64,000 nucleotides of DNA, from positions 17,608,001 through 17,672,000 of the forward strand of contig JBHGNT010000012.1 of the NCBI GenBank assembly GCA_043228905.1. The letters are read 5' to 3'. Positions within the stretch are counted from its first letter, which is position 1; each line of letters opens with the position of its first letter. This document shows, one piece after another, positions 11,447-23,817 of this stretch. The stretch is from Azolla caroliniana. Lineage: Eukaryota > Plantae > Polypodiophyta. Position numbers and translations under genes: made by a program. A model generated the notes under the pieces. That model saw only the letters and a list, made by a program, of their open reading frames with translations, searched no databases and was not told the DNA's origin.

Positions 11447-11519
11447 GCATCCCTTCCTCCCTCGTTCGAGACCCCCATGGTCCCGCCCTTTTGACACGCA
11501 CACTCGTAATAACGCGACA
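11447..11519 (+). mobile_element. 3' tail of a family E LTR
   Basis: Matches 42793-42866 (GACCCCC.TGGTCCCGCCC...AACGCGACA) and resembles the family A LTR end. Followed by ACGT. Confidence 0.7.
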
Positions 11520-12149
11520 ACGTGTCTCGATTTCATCACATGTTGGCTATTTGATGTTATGATTTTTTTAAATATACGCATATGTGGTCACATGTATACG
11601 TATTTGATTGTATGTATGTGATAAATATACATATGTGTATGTTAGTTATTAGTAATTTCTATATCGAATGTTGTCCTTTTTGGGGAAAGGATCTTGGTGG
11701 CTGTCCTCACATTTTTGTGAGAATGACGTAGTCACCATCCTTTTTTCAACAATTATTTTTGTTGACATCCCCGTTGGTCACTTCAATTTTGTTACGTAAC
11801 GAAATGCTCTTAGCCACAATGATGTTGAGAAAGTAGGGCTTGACCCACTTCATGTGAGGTTGCTCCTAGGACACACATATCCAACATCCCTCCCTCATTA
11901 CATGCATACGATGCCACCATGAGATCATTCTTACGAAAGGCATTCGTAATGACGTAACCATGTGATGGGCTACGTGGGCCTACTACGAAAAGAGGGCTCA
12001 TTTGGCTTGACCATTAGGTTGCACTTTGGCGTATGCCATCGTAATTAGGAGACATGAATGAGGTTTGGTAACGTACCGACATCGTTTGTGGTAAATGACA
12101 GGGAAATAAGGACTCCTTATGTATATGTTTCTTTTAAAAAAACATATAT

Positions 12150-12652
12150 TTGCAAATGCCTCGCATATCTCTTATATGCATAAAACATTAAACATTCAAC
12201 ATGAGCAATCTATTTGGTTATCTTAAGTGTTTAATGCATTTGTTCTTGAGGTCTCGAGTTCAAATATGACCAAGAGCATACAATATTGTTGATACATATG
12301 ACTATAATACATGTTTAGACTTTAGGTCTAAGTACACTTTGGGGTCCTCGTAATAGGACTTAAAGAGCTGAAACCACATACGTGGGCACAGAAACATAGT
12401 TTATTATTAAGATTGTTTTCGTGTATAAACTATTCATGACACAAACATACATGGTTGAGCCTCAGGGAGCTGCCATGAAAAAATCGATATAGAGATCAAG
12501 GAAAGACATTCATTTGTCACCCCCATGGTTTTTAAAACACTTTGTGTTGCCATAGTAACCTAATCTTGAACCTAATCTCATACGTCTAGAGGGGGATTGA
12601 CGTGAGATCATGATATTGATTAATGTTTCCATGATATGTTTACATCACGACA
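12150..12652 (-). mobile_element. Degenerate LTR related to family A (left boundary uncertain)
   Basis: The minus strand begins TGTCGTGATGT at 12652, identical to the first 11 bp of the family A 3' LTR. Confidence 0.4.
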
Positions 12653-13060
12653 CGATGTTATGACTATTTGTCTGACCTTATCCTATTTATTTGCCAGAAA
12701 TAATCATTGAATAGCTCAGAATAACGACCTGATGTCATCTGCTCCAGCAGAAGGAACTCAAGGAAATCCTCCTAGAGCAATCTCCATTGAGTTGTATTTC
12801 TTACCAATACAAAGTTTCCTTAGTTCAGCTGCTCATCAGATGTCCGAACTTCGGCAATCTCAAAGTGCTCTCGAGGCACGTGTCATTAGTTTACAACGTG
12901 ACACTAATAGACCCGATGAACATCAGGGTGAACCATCATTTGTTGTCAAGCCATTTACAGGAGAAAAAAAAGGAAAGAACCGAAGAATCAACCTCCACGT
13001 GGTTGGGCCGATGGGTGTCTCATTTTGAGCTCTATCCCACGCAAGATAATACGAAGATTG

Positions 13061-13872
13061 TGTTGGGAGACAGGTCCCTCCGGATGGGAAGAGAGAAGAA
13101 CAGTGCCGATGAACAAACTCGGCCGAGGCCGAAACCGGGTGAGGAGTACCCGGCTACGGAGAGCCGGATGGTGCAGACCCGGTGAGAACCGGATGAGGAG
13201 TACCCGGCTACGGAGAGCCGGATGACGCAGACCCGGTGAGAACCGGATGAGGAGTACCCGGCTACGGAGAGCCGGATGACGCAGACCCGGTGAGAACTGG
13301 ATGAGGAGTACTCGGCTACGGAGAGCCGGATGGTGCAGACCCGATGAGATCCGGATGAGGAGTACCCGGCTACAGAGAGCCGGATGGTGCAGACCCGGTG
13401 AGAACCGGATGAAGAGACATATTCGTAAATATGTTTCTGAGAGTCCATTGAGGCTATATTTGTAAATAGACAAAAATTCATATTAGTATAAATATGACTT
13501 AGGGCAAACTTTTAGTTACTGTTGTTGTTATTATTTCTTGTCTGCGTGAGATCAAAGCGCGTAACAGTGTACAGAGAGAGAGAGAGAGAGAGAGAGAAAG
13601 AGGTTGTTGCCTCTGTTGTAACTGCCGCCTGTGGCGAAGATCGTGAGCACGAGGTCGTTGCCTCCGTGAACTCACTGCTGTACATACTAATCTAGTGATA
13701 GTTTGCAGCCTGTGGGCTGCCGTGGTTTTTCCCTAGTTTGGGGTTTTCCACATTAAACATCCTGCGTACTCTTCTCTTCCATTGTGTCGTTCTTTATTTC
13801 CCATTTTCTGTGTATGATCCTAAGCTCGGTTGTGGCCGAGCATTGCGTATAGGGAGCGTTCAGTTCTCGTCA
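13061..13872 (+). mobile_element. Solo LTR inserted in family D gag
   Basis: TG...CA termini with TSD GATTG (13056-13060 and 13873-13877). The gag frame K-I-A-Y-V-G resumes after it. Confidence 0.9.
13132..13413 (+). repeat. 54-bp tandem repeat, about 5.2 copies, in the solo LTR
   Basis: Unit GAACCGGATGAGGAGTACCCGGCTACGGAGAGCCGGATGACGCAGACCCGGTGA. GAGGAGTAC recurs at 13141, 13195, 13249, 13303 and 13357. Confidence 0.95.
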
Positions 13873-16551
13873 GATTGCATATGTCGGCTAAGAACTAGGG
13901 GGTAAAGCTGCCGCATGGTGGTGTGGGCTCCGAACTTTGGGGAAATTGCCCAATACCTGGACAGATTTTGTCATAGTTTTTAAGAGCCATTTTCTGCAAC
14001 CTCCCTCTTGAACTGAGGCAACTCAAGCTTTAATGAACCTCTCTAGTAGGAAGTTTTCCTTGCTAGAAGAATATGTTCACTGTGCTAGAACCCAAATCCA
14101 AAAATCGGGCCTAGTAAGGGACAAATAGTTAATAGCTTGTTTTGTCAATGTCATCCCCAATTCGGACTATCACTAGATAGTTCACGATAAGGATCCAAAA
14201 TCCTTTGAAGAGGCAATTGAAATAGTTCTTTGCTATCAACGCACTTCGAAGAAGGACCATAACTAACCCAACGAAGCGCCCGTGACTAAGCAGTCACAAT
14301 TCACTAGGAAACGCAATACACCCAACGAATTCGTAGATTGCGATTGTAAGCGACAATATCCTTTTTGCGTATTCTGCAAAAAGAAGGGTCATATAAAAGA
14401 ACAATGTCGAAAGCTCCAACGCAAAGAGCACGACAACAAAGAAAAGGTTGCAGACCATAAAGGTCAAATTGCTAATGTCCTTGAGGTCTATACGCATCAT
14501 TTAAGTAATTGTCAATGTTCGTTCCCTCACTATGTATTGGAACCCAATGATTTAGTACGTGCAAACGGGTATATCAATGGATCTCCCGTACAATTTTTAT
14601 TTGATTCGGGAAGCTCACACGATTTTGTCAATGATCGTTTGGTTCAGATATGGGGAATCCAACCTACTGTAAGTAATCACACCTATAGGCTGCACTTTGC
14701 TGATGGACGAGTACAATACATCAACGAGGCGATTTATTCATTAGGAATTTCTATTGATACTTATATAGAGGAAGTAGACTTCCATGTAATGAATCTTTGT
14801 ACCATTAATGTAATACTGGGTTATCCCTAGTTTTATAATAAAAACTCTTCTTTATCTATTGATTGGGTTCATCATTCAATTACTTTTGTATTGAACGATT
14901 GTACTCATTTTATTCAATGTGTTAAAAAACAATCTCTTTCGATTGTTTCCTCGCCATCAATATTTGAGTTGTCTTGGTCTTCTTTATTTTATTATGTACT
15001 GGATCCGAACAATTACGTTTATAATATTGATAACGTCTCGGGTCAATTTACATATTTTGAACAACAACAACTCGATAAAATCTTAAATGATTTTCATGAT
15101 ATTTTTCCGAGTGAACTACCACATGGGTTACCTCCTTAATGTAATATAGACCATCATATAGATATTGTACCTGGCGTTGCACCAATAAGTATACCTCCTT
15201 ATCGGTTAAGTCAATTCGAAGAGGATGAGGTATCTAAGCAACTCAAGGACTATTTGCGAATGGGTTATATACGTTATAGTAAATCTCCATGGGGTGCACT
15301 TGTTCTCTTGGTAAAAAAGTAAGAGGGCTCATGGCGTATGTGTATTAATTACTGACACTTGAATAAAGTGATGTATCCATTGCCTTGGGCTGACAATCTA
15401 ATTGACCGTCTCTAGGGAGCACGATATTTTACGAAACTTGATCTACGTACGGGCTACCATCAAATTCGTATAAGTGAGGACGATATTCCTAAAACAACAT
15501 TTCATACGCGTTATGGCCATTATGAGTTTTTGGTTATGCCTTTTGGCTTGACCAATGCTCGGGCCACATTTCAACAAGAAATGAATGACATTTTCCGAGA
15601 ACAACTTGGAAAATTCATCGTTATTTTCTTGGATCATATTTTAGTTTATAGTCGAACATTAGAAGAACATGCTAAACATGTCCGCTTTGTTTCACAAACA
15701 TTGCGTGACAAACATTTTTACATGAAGATCTCAAAATGTGAGTTCTTCAAGAAATCAATTACTTATCTTGGGCATCTCATAACCGAACAAGGAGTTGAAA
15801 TTGATCCTTCTCGCATCGAGAAAATCAAACTTTGGCCCACTCATCGATCAATCCTTGGTTTTGTTGGGTTTTTGTGAAAATCCCTTCATAATTACTCCCA
15901 ATTGACGACGCCGCTTACAGATCTTCTAAAAGGTCAAACACATAAGTCTACAAAACCTATTGTGTGGAACATGAACACTGTCGCTGATGCACTAAGTCGT
16001 AAAGGTTCCATGAGCATTGTCATTGATGCACTAAATCACATCCATGAAGTTAACATGCTTAGCTTCATTGAAATAGCATCAGATCTTTATGATCACCTTC
16101 GAGGAAAGTATCCTGATGACAGTTATTTTGCGAAATACTGGGCAAGAGTTGAGTTTAGAACAGACATCACCACAACCTCGAAGGAATCCTTCCACATTGC
16201 TAACGGTCTACTCCACCGTAATGGGAAGGTCCGTGTTCCAGATTTGCCTAAGTTCAAAAAGAGAATTTTGTTTGAATGCCATGATGCACCATCAGCAGGG
16301 CACCCTGGATTACATCGCACACTCCTTCTCATCTCCACTTAATTCTATTGGCCTAAGATGTATCCTGACATACATAACTATGTGACTAAATGTCACCAAT
16401 GTCAAGTTAACAAAGCCGAGCGACTTAAAGCCGGAGGACCTTTACATCCCTTGGACATTCCCAATAATAAGTGGAAAACCACGGTAACAGCTCCTGAATT
16501 GGCTTACCAATTCGTTGATGAGTTATTTCGTTTTTATGGGTTATCGATGGA

Positions 16552-17568
16552 TATCATGAATGATCGAGATCCAAAGTTTACTAGTGACTTCTGGACACAA
16601 GTTTTCAAGAAGTTAGAAACTACATTGAGCATGAGCTCGACGGATCATCCTCAATCCGATGGACACACATAACGAGTAAACCAAATTATTGAGGACATGC
16701 TTCGAGCATACGTTGGTGCAAAACCAACAAAATGGGAACATTATCTCCCAATTTTGGAGTTTGCTTATAACAACTCCAAGCATACGTTGACGGGATATAG
16801 TCGTTTTATGTTGATGTATGGGTTTCAGCTACGAGCCCCAATTGAAGTACGCAAAACTTTCTTCGAGATATTTCGGGATATGCAAGATATGTTGCATATC
16901 GTGAGTGATCGAGATCCAAAGTTTACTAGTGACTTTTGGACGCAAGTCTTTAAGAAGTTAGAAATGACGTTGAGCATGAGCTTGACAGATCATCCTCAAT
17001 CTGATGGACAGACTGAATGAGTAAATCAAATTATTGAGGACATGCTTCAAGCATACGTTGGTCCAACAAAAAGGGAACGTTATCTCCTAATTTTGGAGTT
17101 TTCTTATAACAACTCCAAGCATATGTTGACGGGATATAGTCGTTTTATGTTGATGTATGGGTTTCAGCTACGAGCCCCAATTGAAGTACGCAAAACTTTC
17201 TTCGAGATATTTCGGGATATGCAAGATATGTTGCATATCGTGAGTGATCGAGATCCAAAGTTTACTAGTGACTTTTGGACGCAAGTCTTTAAGAAGTTAG
17301 AAATGACGTTGAGCATGAGCTTGACAGATCATCCTCAATCTGATGGACAGACTGAATGAGTAAATCAAATTATTGAGGACATGCTTCAAGCATACGTTGG
17401 TCCAACAAAAAGGGAACGTTATCTCCTAATTTTGGAGTTTTCTTATAACAACTCCAAGCATATGTTGACGGGATATAGTCGTTTTATGTTGATGTATGGG
17501 TTTCAACTACGAGCCCCGATTGAAGTACGCAAAACTTTCTTCGAGATATGCAAGATATGTTGCATATT
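16552..17568 (+). repeat. Tandem triplication (345/339 bp) of an integrase core segment
   Basis: GATCGAGATCC at 16562, 16907 and 17246. Copies 2 and 3 are almost identical. Confidence 0.93.
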
Positions 17569-18546
17569 GCATGAGATAATATAAAAACAGCTCAAGATAG
17601 AGCGCCTTTTTACGCCGATCATAATAGGCAACCTCATGTATTCAACCATGGAGAGAAGGTATTTTTACGTGTACGTCACAATTCTAAGACGTTGTGTACA
17701 GGTAAGTGCGCTAAGTTAGCCCCACGGTTTTGTGACCTTTTCAAGTCCTCAAACGCATTGGTTCATCAATAGATCATGTCGCTCTTCCCAATGTCGTTGA
17801 AATTCATCCATTTTTTCATGTAAGTCATCTAAAAGAACTTCTAGGTTCCGACGACAATACAGTTATAACTGAAACTCTGGTTACTTCTGAAGAATTATCT
17901 TCTAAACCACATGTACCAAAAAGAATTCTCGATGTTAAAACAAAAAATCTAGGTACTAAGATAATCTGAGAATTTAAAATTAAATGGATGGATAAATCTA
18001 TGAAAGATGCCACATGAGAACACGAAAATACTCTTAGAACTAACTTCCCTAACTTTCCATTTCAAGAGTGCAATGTTTTAAAGAGGGGGAGTATGTTACG
18101 GGCATGACCATATAATATCCTGTGGTGAGAATTTACCATAGTATTCTATACACGTGGATAAGTGTGAGGGTTAAATGAGAGTGTAAAGAAGGGGAGGATT
18201 ACTTTTAATCCTCAGGATTGAGATAACCCATTAGGCCAAGTGTGAACTTGCCTGGGGGCCTTGGGTATCGTTATAAATATGAGACCTAACTACCCTCATT
18301 TCATCATCTTTTGACTAGGTCGAGACTCTGATGTTGTGGTGGGTCAACTATTGTAGCGAGTGCACCAGCACCAAGTATGACTCGACGCCACAATGGTGGT
18401 ATGGGACGCCGATCGAGGCTCAAGTCCGTTTGGATCCCTTCGCTTGGGGGTGGTCGGGTGGATTGGCACCCTTCTTTCTCTCGTTCCTTTCTATCTATCT
18501 ATCTTTTATCCTTATCATACGCTTACTTTAGATCATAACTCTAACA

Positions 18547-19345
18547 TAGTTTATGACCTTTGTGACCGTAGAGGTTGTGAAAAGTGTCCCCATGGTAGGT
18601 CGAGGTGTGAAGGGCATGGGGATGGGTGGTTGGTTTGGGACGTGGTAGAGTTTCTCTGTATATGTGTGCCAAGTGTTGGGATCCTCGATGGGTGTTTGTG
18701 GTCTCGGTTCCCGTTGTCTCTTCCATGCAAGGGCGTAATCCCTACTCATGAGCATGTGATAGAGTTCCCAATATTAAGACCTTTCCCATGCTTGTCGTTT
18801 ATGACGTGTCATCTTTCACATCTCTTTGCAAGCTTGTACTGAGGAAATAGTACCATTATGTTGCAACACATTAAGTTGTTTATACAAGTCTCTACAATCC
18901 TCATCATACCACTTGTTCTATGGCATAGAACCTATTCTACTATGATTGGAGTGTTTCGTGTATGGGAAGCTATTGATTGTTGTTGAGTGAAGGATGTGTG
19001 TGAGTTCTATAGTGAGGTACTCTAAAGGCAGGGAAGGATCAAGAGAGGAGAGATGGGCTTGAACATGTCGGGAGTAGATGTATAGAGCTCATGTGTGAAA
19101 TGTATTGTGGTGTGATGGTTTGGTTGACAAGGGTTGGTGGCATTGGAGGTGTCAATTTAGCTCAAAGTATAGGAAGTTATGGTCGGCACCAATAGGGCAT
19201 GGGGCCACTCGGAAGGAGTTAATCATGTGGGTAGCTTCAGGGCGATCTATTAGGTAATCAACTGTGCTTTCCCCTCCTCCATGTGGGAAACATGTGAGCT
19301 CTTCCGAGCCCGGCCACTTCGTTAAGCCATTATATACGATCATCT
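18547..19345 (-). mobile_element. LINE ORF2 fragment (AP-endonuclease C-terminus and linker)
   Basis: TCFPHGGGESTVDYL...GADH and WYDEDCRDL motifs on the minus strand. Confidence 0.75.
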
Positions 19346-21661
19346 AGTGTCTACTTTTGAGAGAGAGAGAGAGAGAGAGAGCACCACAAGCATGATCGAC
19401 TCCTCTTCGAAGTAGTCCTCTAATGTGTAGGACGAGCTACAAGATGGTGGGAGAGAAGGATAGGTTCTAATGTGTGAACTTTCGTTTTTTACATCGATTT
19501 CTCCATTGTTCTCTATATAATCCTGAAATGCTTCGGATTCCTAATTTTGTAAACAAAACATTGATTTTAAGAATTATTTGGTTTCCTTTTTCCCGCGTGT
19601 AATTTCTGAATTGATTTCTACAATCTTGCATCTTTAAATTATATTATAATAGTTTTAGCTTTTGCTGAAATTTTATTGTTCCTTTTTATTGTTTCTTTTT
19701 ATTTCACTTTGATTTATGTATAGCTCTACATATATTATTATGTATTAACAACTTATGTCTATGAATTTTCTTTGCAAGGATACCTAGAAAAGCTAATAAA
19801 CTAGAGGGTCTTATGGAAATATTGTCACTTAATCAATGATAAATCAAGTGTTTGTGGTGAAGAGGGGGAGGAGGAAAGGGAGGAGGAAAGAGAGGGGGAG
19901 GAGGATGTAGGAAATAATGATGTCGAAAACATGAGGGAAGGTGACATTGCAAACATGAAGGTTCTTAGTTCAATACCATATCAGTTTAAAACATTGTTTG
20001 TATGTGTATGTGTATGACATGTATGTGTACTTGCATATACATGTGCATGTATGTGTTTGTATGCGTGTATGAATGCATGCACACATGCATTTGCAACATT
20101 CTCTCGCATGTTTTTTTGCCATATTACTTTGTGTATTTGCTATTGTCATCTCACATGAAAGAAGAGCTCTTTTGGTCTTGAGAAACCTCATGTGGCTTCA
20201 AGAAGTGATTGACAATAGAGGCTAGAGATTCTAGTGACAATTGAACAAGATCTTATTGTGATTTGTGCAACCTTTCATGCAAATGCAAGCTCAAATCCAC
20301 ATCCAACATGCTCTAAAAAAGAAAGAAGGCAGACCCATACAACTTTCGAAGAGCTTATGTTGTACCATTTGAACCTCAATGAACCAACACTAATGTGCAC
20401 ATAAGAAACACTTAATTTATTTTGTGATATCTTTGTTAAAAAGGTCGTAGATCTTCTTGATATGTGTTATATTAACGATAATCTTAATCTGCTAACCCAA
20501 ACATGAAGTTCCATCCTCTTGTTTTGTTTCCAAATTTCTTTTCTATTCAGGGTGGCGTGAAAGCATATAAACAATGGAAGAGATTGAAACGTGTGTATAT
20601 TTGGGCAAGAAATGACATATATGAGTGTCTTGGCCCTTAATAGCTCTTGCAATGTTGGAGTTTCCTTTGAAACTATAAGGAAGTAGGCTTCGTTAATGCA
20701 AGCTTCCAAAATTGATGGCTTGGAGAAATGCGAGTTCATCGATGCAGATATAGTAACATGAAAACCAGTAGGCATGCATCCATACACAATTATAAATATA
20801 TATACATTAGTTATGGGTTGCATATTATATTATGGACCATAGAAGTTGATGTTATTGTGCATGAGATCACGTAGGAGGTGAAGGTATAACAATTGATGCT
20901 TATTGATTATTACTCTACATCTTTTGTTTGTTGCAGATTATATTATGGACCAAAACAGTTGATCTTATTGTGTATAGGATCAAGATTGTAGCATTACTTA
21001 AGAGGTGAAGGTGTAATGATTCATGCTTCTTGATTATTATGAGTCTACATCTTTTATTTGCAACTATCATTTTGATCTTGTTATTTCATTTGCACAACAT
21101 ATTAACCTTTGGTTTCTTACTGTTATTGCATAGGTTTTCAACTTATTGAATGATGGTGCTCAACAAAGAAGAAGTAAAAAAACGTGTTTTTGTGTGTAGG
21201 TTTGCAAATGTCAGATTAAGGACTATGATAAAGGGCATGTACATGAAGCTTGTTCTGATTTACATTAATGATAACCCAACACTACTTTTCTTGCAAATAT
21301 CAGATTAAATGTTCTTGAATGTAAAACTTTGTGGGTTCCAGAGCCTACTTAATCTAATTCTGCTTTGGAGAATATGTTTTTATAGGTTAAAAGTATTCAG
21401 TGTGAGTGATTGCATTGTAACCATAGAATTAACCAAACACATTTGCATTCGAGTATGTTTCAATCAAAATGTATAGTAAATCATCTCAAAATTGGAAAAA
21501 ATAAATAAAGATTGGAGTTTCAAAAAATGATCATGGTCTATATTATATATTGATCATATCACATGTCATCACAATTAAAACTTCAAAACTTATGAATTAC
21601 TTAATTGCCAAACATTAGAAAGCACAAACATTAAAATCAAATAGTGTGTATGACATGTAAT

Positions 21662-21850
21662 TCAGTCACTACTTGCATGTTTACATTTCTCCACACCTTG
21701 TCCTCTCAATCCCAATAAGTGAACTCTAATCCGTTGTGGACCACCAACATAAGTATGGATGCAATATTTGCATTGCATCACATGCATACCTTTGGGATGC
21801 TTCTTAAGAATCAAGACATGATCCCATCCTTCACCATTTTGTGTACCAAT
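21662..21850 (-). pseudogene. hAT-type transposase BED zinc-finger relic
   Basis: WDHV...QCKYCIHTYVGGPQRIRVHLLG...GVEKC. Confidence 0.7.
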
Positions 21851-22446
21851 TTGATTACCTAAATTTGACAAGAATTGTAGATCCAAAGCTACAGAGAATT
21901 GAGGACTTGTAGATATAGACTGTAGCAAAGACAATGTGGAATGTATGTAAGTCGGATGCAAGGTGGTGGAAAATATTACAATGTGGTTGGCATTCCCATC
22001 TACCATTTCGTGGAAAGGTATTAATATGGACAGTCATGATTGGTGGGCTCCCATTAAATAGACGAGGACTTGTTTCTTTTGCATCATTCCATTGGAGGAT
22101 AGTACACATTGGTTCATTAAATGTCCTATAGGGTGTACCATTTGGAAGTACTTATCAGACATTTGGCAAGTTTTAACCCGTTATTATTTGAGACTATTTT
22201 TAGGAGATGGTGTTTAGAGATTGGTCATGGCATGTTTCATTGTTGTAGTGGAAGACTTCAATAGAGGTTAAACACATGCAATGCACATAACCTTTTGCGA
22301 ACACGTTCACATAACTCATAAGTAAAACTAACCCCATGTCAAGAACCATTTTCTCAAGGCTTTTAATGTAATTTTTGTCAAAGCACACACATTTGACATA
22401 TTCTAACAGGAGTGAAGACATATATGGCAAGAGAAGTAGAGAGAAT

Positions 22447-22593
22447 TGTTATGGGCATGACCAATCTTGTGGTAATTTTGTACCGTAGTACCTTCTACAC
22501 ATGATGTTATGGGCATGACAAAAAATTATCCCGTGGTAAGTTTGTACTGTAGTATTCTACACACAAGAATAATATTTGGTCATGCCCATAACA
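22447..22593. mobile_element. 147-bp mini-element with 18-bp TIRs derived from the family D LTR U3 end
   Basis: TGTTATGGGCATGACCAA...TTGGTCATGCCCATAACA with TSD AGAAT (22442-22446 and 22594-22598). Similar to the family D LTR start TGTTACGGGCATGACCA. Confidence 0.85.
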
Positions 22594-23817
22594 AGAATGA
22601 TGAGAAAGGATGAGGTGAGGCAAGTAAAGAGAATGTGAGCCAAGATTGAGAGGTCAATGAACCATGTAATTTGGAGAGCACACAATGGTTACCAAGGTGT
22701 TTCTTATTGTAGATAGATAGATTGCTATTATCATTGTCTTTGGGCAAACTTGACTCTGAGATATGTTATCTAACAACAAAATATTGATACTCGCAATGCA
22801 CAACAATGATGTCTATCATAAGCTAATTGAAGGTAACAATAATGTCAAGCCTCCTCTAAGTATCCATTTAGTATTCAATTTTTATTTTTAGTATTTGAGG
22901 TATATGTGTAGCTAGTTGGACATACACGCAATCACGTGTTCATGCGAAATATAAGAATATGTACATACTATATAAATTTGCATAATGGTTGAATTAAGTG
23001 AAATAAACCAGTTTTATAACTTACCTTTTGATCATAATCATCATTACAAAATGTACAAAATTTATGTGAAAAAGAAATCTTCGTTGGAAGCATTGAAAGA
23101 ATGAGAGAAACTAAGTAAATCTATGTTGGAACTAAGATTCACAAAGTAAAGAGGAAGTTGAGTGAGAATATCAAGTTAATGTGCAATTTAGGAAAGCATG
23201 ATACGAAATTTGTAGAAGATCCAAAGGAGACTATCTTTTAAAATATGTATGACAATGCTAAGCAAGGGATTTCTATGGCCAAAGAAAGGATAGAATTTGA
23301 AGTAAGAGAGAAGTTAACGCACAACGTAGTTGGACATAAATAAGCAATTGGCCATTTTTAGGTTAGATGTTGCTTTCATCCTTTTTGCTTCTATCAACAT
23401 CAACTTCTATACTAGTTGAACCTATTTAACCCCAACTGGGTGCAATCATAGTGACAACCTTGAGCACCCTATAGATATAAGGCAATTCCTATACTTCCAT
23501 TGAGACACATTTTCGTGCGCACAATATCAACACCTATTTGAGTTGAGCTTGTAAGTAGGCCTTCTTCAGGGTGGGTGCATACACCACACACATGTGCACA
23601 CATAGACACATAGCTCTAGGTTATGAGATACCGATACATACTGGTTTGGCCCTAATGGACCAATCAACATTGTGTCACAGTTGCGTTGTGTAGATATTGA
23701 GACTTACACTACACTAACAGAGCTTGACCAAGTTGTAGTATGTAGGTAGGTTTGTGTGCGCACACACACTGCACACTTTTTTTGTTCTAGCCTAGGCCTA
23801 GAAGAAGTTAGGAGGAA

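Larger units (their letters stand above)
4728..11448 (-). mobile_element. Non-chromovirus Ty3/gypsy element, family F copy 1, degenerate, with both LTRs partial
   Basis: gag at about 10856-9400 with a CFKCNQPGHYAT zinc knuckle. Protease IIDGGSG at 9346-8906, RT with VFLDDF at 8432-7389, RNase H, and integrase KWGLDFVGP plus a GPF motif at 7208-5718. PBS 11162-11174. LTR parts at 11180-11448 and 4728-4960. Confidence 0.9.
12653..18546 (+). mobile_element. Chromovirus Ty3/gypsy, family D copy 1, with no 5' LTR and internal rearrangements
   Basis: gag (KAAAWW...TWTDF; CVFCKKKGHIKEQC), protease LFDSGS, RT ([15 protein letters not shown]), integrase, chromodomain at about 17905-18060, PPT AAGAGGGGGAG, and 3' LTR 18094-18546. 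Confidence 0.9.

Noticed and set aside
11685-11875. Possible MITE with CCTCACAT/ATGTGAGG inverted ends
   Set aside because: The inverted match is short and no TSD was found.
13132-13413. Regular repeat array resembling CRISPR
   Set aside because: Units are contiguous 54-bp repeats with no unique spacers, inside a eukaryotic LTR, with no cas genes.
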